Shown: positions 59,918-64,000 of the stretch, in pieces
How the letters are laid out: the number at the start of each line of letters is the position of its first letter
Numbering within the stretch: position 1 is the stretch's first letter
Source of the DNA: Candidatus Omnitrophota bacterium
GTDB lineage: Bacteria > Omnitrophota > Gorgyraeia > Duberdicusellales > 4484-171
Assembly: GCA_046484225.1 (NCBI GenBank)
Contig: JAWOBO010000062.1
Span: 934-64,933 of the forward strand
DNA length: 64,000 bases
Direction: 5' to 3'
Program-made: the position numbers and the translations under genes
Notes under the pieces: model-generated
Told to the model about the DNA's origin: nothing
Database searches by the model: none
What the model saw: the letters and a program-made list of their open reading frames with translations, nothing else

Positions 59918-61258
59918 TTATTTTGCCAGGTCAGCAAACCTCATATATTCTTTTAAAAATGCTAAACTTATAGTTCCTACCGGTCCATTTCTTTGTTTTG
60001 CAATAATTGCTTCAGCTATACCTTTATTTTCTTCATTAGGTTGATAGTACTCTTCGCGAAAAAGAAGTACTACTAAATCAGCATCTTGTTCTATAGCCCC
60101 TGATTCACGTAAATCAGAAAGTTTAGGTTTGTGGCCTTCTCTAGACTCCACAGCTCGAGAAAGCTGGCTTACCGCAATTAAAGGAACATTTAACTCTTTG
60201 GCTAAAGCCTTCAAGCCTTGTGATATTTTTGATATTTCCTGTTGACGGCTCTCAGTCCTGCCGGCTCCTCTAATTAACTGGAGATAATCAACTAATATAA
60301 GTTGTATGTCGTGGTGGGCTTTGAGTCTTCTTGCTTTGGCTCTTATTTCAAAAATATTCATCGCCGGGGTATCATCAATATAAATTGGAGCCTCAGATAA
60401 TTTACCCGCTGCAGCAGTTAAGCTAGGCCATTCTGAAGGAGAAAGAAAACCAGTTCTTACTCTATTTACCTCTACCTTAGCTTCTGCACACAAAAAACGT
60501 TGCATAAGCTGTTCTTTTGACATCTCTAAACTAAAAATACCTACTGGAATTTTCTTGTTAATAGCAACATGGCCGGTAATAGAAGTCACCAAAGCACTTT
60601 TACCCATGGAAGGGCGGCCGGCAACAATAATTAAATCACCTTTTTGAAAGCCAGCAGTCTTTAAATCAAAATCCTTAAATCCAGTAGGAACACCTGTTAC
60701 ATGAGATTTTTTATGATAAAGTGATTCAATCAACTCAATACCGTCTTTAATAATATCTTTTATATGGACATAGCCACCTTCAACTCGACGGTCACTAATA
60801 TCAAAGATTAATTTCTCAGCTTTATCTAACAAAGCGCTTGTCTCTTCTTGGCCTTTATAACTTAAAGAGATAATTTCTGAAGAATTCTCAATTAAAGCTC
60901 GCAAAATTCCTTTTTCTTTAACAATCCGCGCATAGTTTGAAGCATTTGCTGAAGAAGGTACAAAATCAGCCAAAGCAGTAAGTTGAGCGGTTCCGCCAAC
61001 TTTCTCTAAAAGATTTTTTTTACGCAAGTTTTCAGCAACGGTAAGAATATCTATTTTGATCCGCTTATCATAAAGCTCAATAATTGTTTCAAAAATAATC
61101 TTATGTTCTCTTTTGTAAAAAAAAGCAGAATCAGTTATCTCTACAATTTCAGAGATAACCTTTTCATTTAAAAGCATAGAACCCAATACGGCCATTTCTG
61201 CTTCGATATTCTGAGGAGGAATTTTATTTATGCTTTGAGTGGGGTTTTTTAAGTCCAT
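59918..61258 (-). CDS. dnaB: Replicative DNA helicase
   Basis: 446 aa; GRPSMGKSA Walker A; DnaB N-terminal domain. Confidence 0.95.
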   Translation of the reverse strand: MDLKNPTQSINKIPPQNIEAEMAVLGSMLLNEKVISEIVEITDSAFFYKREHKIIFETIIELYDKRIKIDILTVAENLRKKNLLEKVGGTAQLTALADFVPSSANASNYARIVKEKGILRALIENSSEIISLSYKGQEETSALLDKAEKLIFDISDRRVEGGYVHIKDIIKDGIELIESLYHKKSHVTGVPTGFKDFDLKTAGFQKGDLIIVAGRPSMGKSALVTSITGHVAINKKIPVGIFSLEMSKEQLMQRFLCAEAKVEVNRVRTGFLSPSEWPSLTAAAGKLSEAPIYIDDTPAMNIFEIRAKARRLKAHHDIQLILVDYLQLIRGAGRTESRQQEISKISQGLKALAKELNVPLIAVSQLSRAVESREGHKPKLSDLRESGAIEQDADLVVLLFREEYYQPNEENKGIAEAIIAKQRNGPVGTISLAFLKEYMRFADLAK

Positions 61259-61266
61259 AAACTTTC

Positions 61267-61716
61267 TTATTTCCTAACAACCCATAATCGTAGGCTGGCT
61301 TCTAGGTCTTTATCTATTTTTACAGGAAGCTTGTAAACACCTAACTTATTAATAGGTTCTTGCAAGGACAGCTTTCCTTTGGGTAGTTCTATTTCTTCTT
61401 TTTCTTTTAAAAGTTTTATGATTTGTGCTTCGCCGATATTACCATAAAGATAATCATCTTCTTTTGCTTCTGTAGCAACTGTCAAAGATAAACCATCGAG
61501 TTTGTCTTTTAAGGCAACTAAACTCTGTTTTTGCTTTTCTTCTTTTTTGTTTCTTTCCTTTTTTAACTGATCAACTTTTTTTAAATTTGCTTTTGTAGCC
61601 GGCAAGGCTAACTTGTTAGGAATAAGATAGTTACGGCCATAGCCATCTTTGACTTCCACCAAATCCCCTTCTTTGCCTAATTTTTCCATATTATTATCTA
61701 AAAGGATAACTTTCAT
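61267..61716 (-). CDS. rplI: 50S ribosomal protein L9
   Basis: MKVILLDNNMEKLGKEGDLVEVKDGYGRNYLIP. Confidence 0.9.
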   Translation of the reverse strand: MKVILLDNNMEKLGKEGDLVEVKDGYGRNYLIPNKLALPATKANLKKVDQLKKERNKKEEKQKQSLVALKDKLDGLSLTVATEAKEDDYLYGNIGEAQIIKLLKEKEEIELPKGKLSLQEPINKLGVYKLPVKIDKDLEASLRLWVVRK

Positions 61717-61731
61717 TAGACCCGACCCCCC

Positions 61732-61974
61732 TTACTTAACTACATAAGGTACCAAATTCAAGAATCTTGCTCTTTGGACCTCTTTAGTTAGCTTACGTTG
61801 ATGTTTTGCACAAACTCCTGTAATTCGGCGAGATTTTATTTTACCGCGATTAGTAAGATATCTTTTTATCAAATCTACATCTTTATAATCAATCTCTAAT
61901 CCTTTTTTACAAAATATACAATTTTTTTTAAAACGAGTTATCTTTTGTCTATTTTTTTTACTTTTTTTAGCCAT
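61732..61974 (-). CDS. rpsR: 30S ribosomal protein S18
   Basis: 80 aa, [23 protein letters not shown]. Confidence 0.9.
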   Translation of the reverse strand: MAKKSKKNRQKITRFKKNCIFCKKGLEIDYKDVDLIKRYLTNRGKIKSRRITGVCAKHQRKLTKEVQRARFLNLVPYVVK

Positions 61975-61975
61975 A

Positions 61976-62398
61976 TTATATCGCTTCTCCTAAATTATTA
62001 TCCTCATCTTCTAAATTAACTACCTTTTCAGTATCTTTTTTTTCTGGTTCGCGTTGATTTTGAGAGCCTCCTTGTGGCATAAATTGTATATTAGTTGCCA
62101 CCACCTCAATAACATTTCTTTTCTGGCCTTGTTGATTTTCCCAGCTGCGAAACTGCAATCTTCCTTCAACCAAAACTAGCCTTCCCTTTTGAAGATATTG
62201 GTTGGAGACCTCCGCCATTTGGCCCCAGACAACAACATTTACAAAGCAAGTATCTTTTTGACTTTGACCATCTTTAGACTTATAAACCCGATTAACTGCC
62301 AATCCAAGAGTTGCAACCGGAGTTCCTCCGGGAGTATAACGTAACTCAGGATCTCTGGTTAGATTACCTAATAAAAATACCTTATTTAAACTCGCCAT
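61976..62398 (-). CDS. ssb: Single-stranded DNA-binding protein
   Basis: OB fold [25 protein letters not shown]...; acidic C-terminal tail. Confidence 0.9.
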   Translation of the reverse strand: MASLNKVFLLGNLTRDPELRYTPGGTPVATLGLAVNRVYKSKDGQSQKDTCFVNVVVWGQMAEVSNQYLQKGRLVLVEGRLQFRSWENQQGQKRNVIEVVATNIQFMPQGGSQNQREPEKKDTEKVVNLEDEDNNLGEAI

Positions 62399-62432
62399 CT
62401 TTTATCCCCCTTATTTAACTACAAGTAAATCT

Positions 62433-62516
62433 CCGAATATACGAATTAATTACGAATTTACAAATTTTTCTATATTTTTATTCGTATATTCGTAAAGATT
62501 AGTAAATTCGTTGATA
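62433..62516. promoter_or_regulatory. 13-bp inverted repeat CGAATATACGAAT / ATTCGTATATTCG plus an ATTCGTTGAT box in the rpsF–ssb spacer
   Basis: ccgaatatacgaattaattacgaatttacaaatttttctatatttttattcgtatattcgtaaagattagtaaattcgttgat. Confidence 0.45.
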
Positions 62517-62520
62517 ATAA

Positions 62521-62874
62521 TTATTTAGCTTGTGCTTTCTCCTGTCCTATCTTAATCTTATCACTCTCTTTATTCAAAATAAGGCTTCTTAAAATACTTT
62601 CTTCAAGCTTTATAGTTTCTTTTAAATCATCAAGGTTTTCTGTCGATAAAATAAACTCGATCAACCAATAAGAACCCTTATAATATTTCGTCCGCTGAGC
62701 TCCTTTGCTTCTTAAAAAATAATGAAAATCTCTTAAGCTCCGCCATACAACAGATTTTTTTACCTGTCCTTTTAGTTCTTTAATTTTTTCCCCAATACTA
62801 CCGGCAATCTTTTCTCGATCCGGCTCTGGTAAGTCAGGCCGTAAAATAAGCATACATTCATAATTACGCTCCAT
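62521..62874 (-). CDS. rpsF: 30S ribosomal protein S6
   Basis: MERNYECMLILRPDLPEPDRE. Confidence 0.9.
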   Translation of the reverse strand: MERNYECMLILRPDLPEPDREKIAGSIGEKIKELKGQVKKSVVWRSLRDFHYFLRSKGAQRTKYYKGSYWLIEFILSTENLDDLKETIKLEESILRSLILNKESDKIKIGQEKAQAK

Positions 62875-62898
62875 ATTTTCCTCCCATTGAAAATGAAA

Positions 62899-63477
62899 TT
62901 ATTTAGCGAATACCTTTATCGTCTTTTCTTTCTTTTCCTTAAACCAATCCAATGAAACTTCTACTGCCTTTGTGAGAACTTCTCTAAGTTGTTTTTTTTC
63001 TTCGCCTGAAAAATTAGATAAAACATATTCAGTAAGAGGCAACTGAAGCTGCCCCCTTCTAAGAGCTGGCCTACCGATCCCAACTTTTAGACGATTGATA
63101 TCTTTTGTTCCCAAAATATCAATAATCGAGGCTATACCTCTATGGCCTCCTGAAGAACCACTTTTTTTAATTCGTAAAGTTCCAAAATCTAGGTCAGCAT
63201 CATCGTAAACAACTAATAAATTTTGAACTGGAACTTTATATTTCGCTAAAACTCTATTTAGACAAAAACCAGAATTATTCATATAGGTTTTAGGCTTAAC
63301 CAACAAAAAATAATCTGAATCTATTCTTAGTTCACCTAACCAGGCTCTTTGACGGATAGTTCTCTTTAATTTTACTTTATATCTATAAGCCAGTTGGTCA
63401 ACTACTTTAAAACCTATATTATGTCTATTTTCAGAATAGTTTTTCCCTGGATTACCTAAACCAACTATAACCTTCAA
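62899..63477 (-). CDS. pth: Peptidyl-tRNA hydrolase
   Basis: MKVIVGLGNPGKNYSENRHNIGF. Confidence 0.95.
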   Translation of the reverse strand: MKVIVGLGNPGKNYSENRHNIGFKVVDQLAYRYKVKLKRTIRQRAWLGELRIDSDYFLLVKPKTYMNNSGFCLNRVLAKYKVPVQNLLVVYDDADLDFGTLRIKKSGSSGGHRGIASIIDILGTKDINRLKVGIGRPALRRGQLQLPLTEYVLSNFSGEEKKQLREVLTKAVEVSLDWFKEKKEKTIKVFAK

Positions 63478-63503
63478 TTTTAACAGAACTTCCTTTTCAA
63501 ACT

Positions 63504-64000
63504 TTACTCTTTAGCTTCTTTTTTTCCACCTTCTTCTTTTGATTCTTTTTGGGGCTGTTTGCCTTCTCCTTCACCCTCTCCTTCAGCTTCTTCTTTCTTT
63601 TCTTTTATAACTTCAGGTTCTGTAGGTGCTTCTTCAACTAGCTCTTCTTCTTCCTCTTCTTCTTCTTTCTTAACCACCAATGTTGCAACAGTAGATTCAG
63701 GCTCAGTTATAATTGTAATATCAGCAGGAGGCCTAAGGTCAGCAACATGAAGCGAATGGCCAATCTCAAGATTAGATATATCGACTTCAATATCTTCGGG
63801 GATACTTAAAGGAAGGCCTTCTACCTCTATCTCTCTTAATATTTGCTCAAGCACAGCACCTTCTTCTTTTCCCTTGGCTTCTCCTTTTAAAACAACTGGA
63901 ATATGAACAGTAATTTTTTCTTTCAATGACACCTTGAGCAAATCCAGATGAATCACTTCATCTGTCAAGGGGTGATATTGAACATCTTTAACTAATACCG
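63504..64000 (-). CDS. rplY: 50S ribosomal protein L25 / general stress protein Ctc, with an E-rich C-terminal tail; the N-terminus continues beyond the window end (the track 'start' at 63968 is an internal TTG)
   Basis: The reading frame stays open to 64000 (…VLVKDVQYHPLTDEVIHLDLLKV…), matching the L25 beta-barrel domain. Confidence 0.8.
   Translation of the reverse strand, partial: VLVKDVQYHPLTDEVIHLDLLKVSLKEKITVHIPVVLKGEAKGKEEGAVLEQILREIEVEGLPLSIPEDIEVDISNLEIGHSLHVADLRPPADITIITEPESTVATLVVKKEEEEEEEELVEEAPTEPEVIKEKKEEAEGEGEGEGKQPQKESKEEGGKKEAKE

Noticed and set aside
63559-63750. Plus-strand 63-aa Ser-rich ORF
   Set aside because: Antisense of the GAA-rich region encoding the poly-Glu tail of rplY.
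1-64000. rRNA genes, prophage/integrase islands, toxin–antitoxin or restriction–modification or other defence systems
   Set aside because: None recognised. The only recombinase is a XerC/D-type housekeeping enzyme in the topA–dprA context, and no nuclease, methyltransferase or abortive-infection-like proteins were seen.

Overview
This 64-kb window comes from a visibly AT-rich, diderm (LPS-producing) bacterium with a compact genome. About 46 kb (coordinates 1–48073) is one uninterrupted array of minus-strand genes, and 50468–64000 is also all minus. In order it holds a lipid A block (an LpxL-family acyltransferase fused to an extra C-terminal domain, lpxK, waaA), xerC/D-type recombinase, topA, dprA, aroK, and a metabolic insert (acyl-CoA dehydrogenase, GNAT, mdh, an icd/leuB-family dehydrogenase, and LeuD-like and LeuC-like subunits with pilT wedged between them, plus an aspartate-type aminotransferase). 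It continues with the alpha operon (rpmJ, rpsM, rpsK, rpsD, rpoA, rplQ), adk–secY and the spc operon, the S10 operon, tuf, the str operon (rpsL, rpsG, fusA), rpoB–rpoC, rplKAJL, nusG–secE, tRNA-Trp, rpmG, tRNA-Thr and hemW. A small plus-strand island (48255–50473) carries a GT2 glycosyltransferase translationally coupled to a spore-photoproduct-lyase-family radical SAM protein. A second minus-strand block follows: a DUF457-like membrane hydrolase, a TPR–SpoIID/LytB protein, lpxI, lpxA, an lpxC–fabZ fusion, lpxD, skp, bamA, dnaB, rplI–rpsR–ssb–rpsF, pth and rplY. No rRNA and no CRISPR array is present. The most unusual content is non-coding. At least three families of GC-richer palindromic dispersed repeats sit inside the ribosomal operons (family A ~80 bp, 5 copies; family B ~100 bp nested palindrome, 3 copies; family C ~37 bp hairpin, 2 copies). 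There are also recurrent short intergenic motifs, short tandem hepta/octamer repeats, and a unique 132-bp element with perfect 15-bp terminal inverted repeats around four TTATAA palindromes. Several ribosomal proteins carry E/K-rich low-complexity extensions or insertions. All calls rest on reading the six-frame translations and the DNA by eye; no database search was run.
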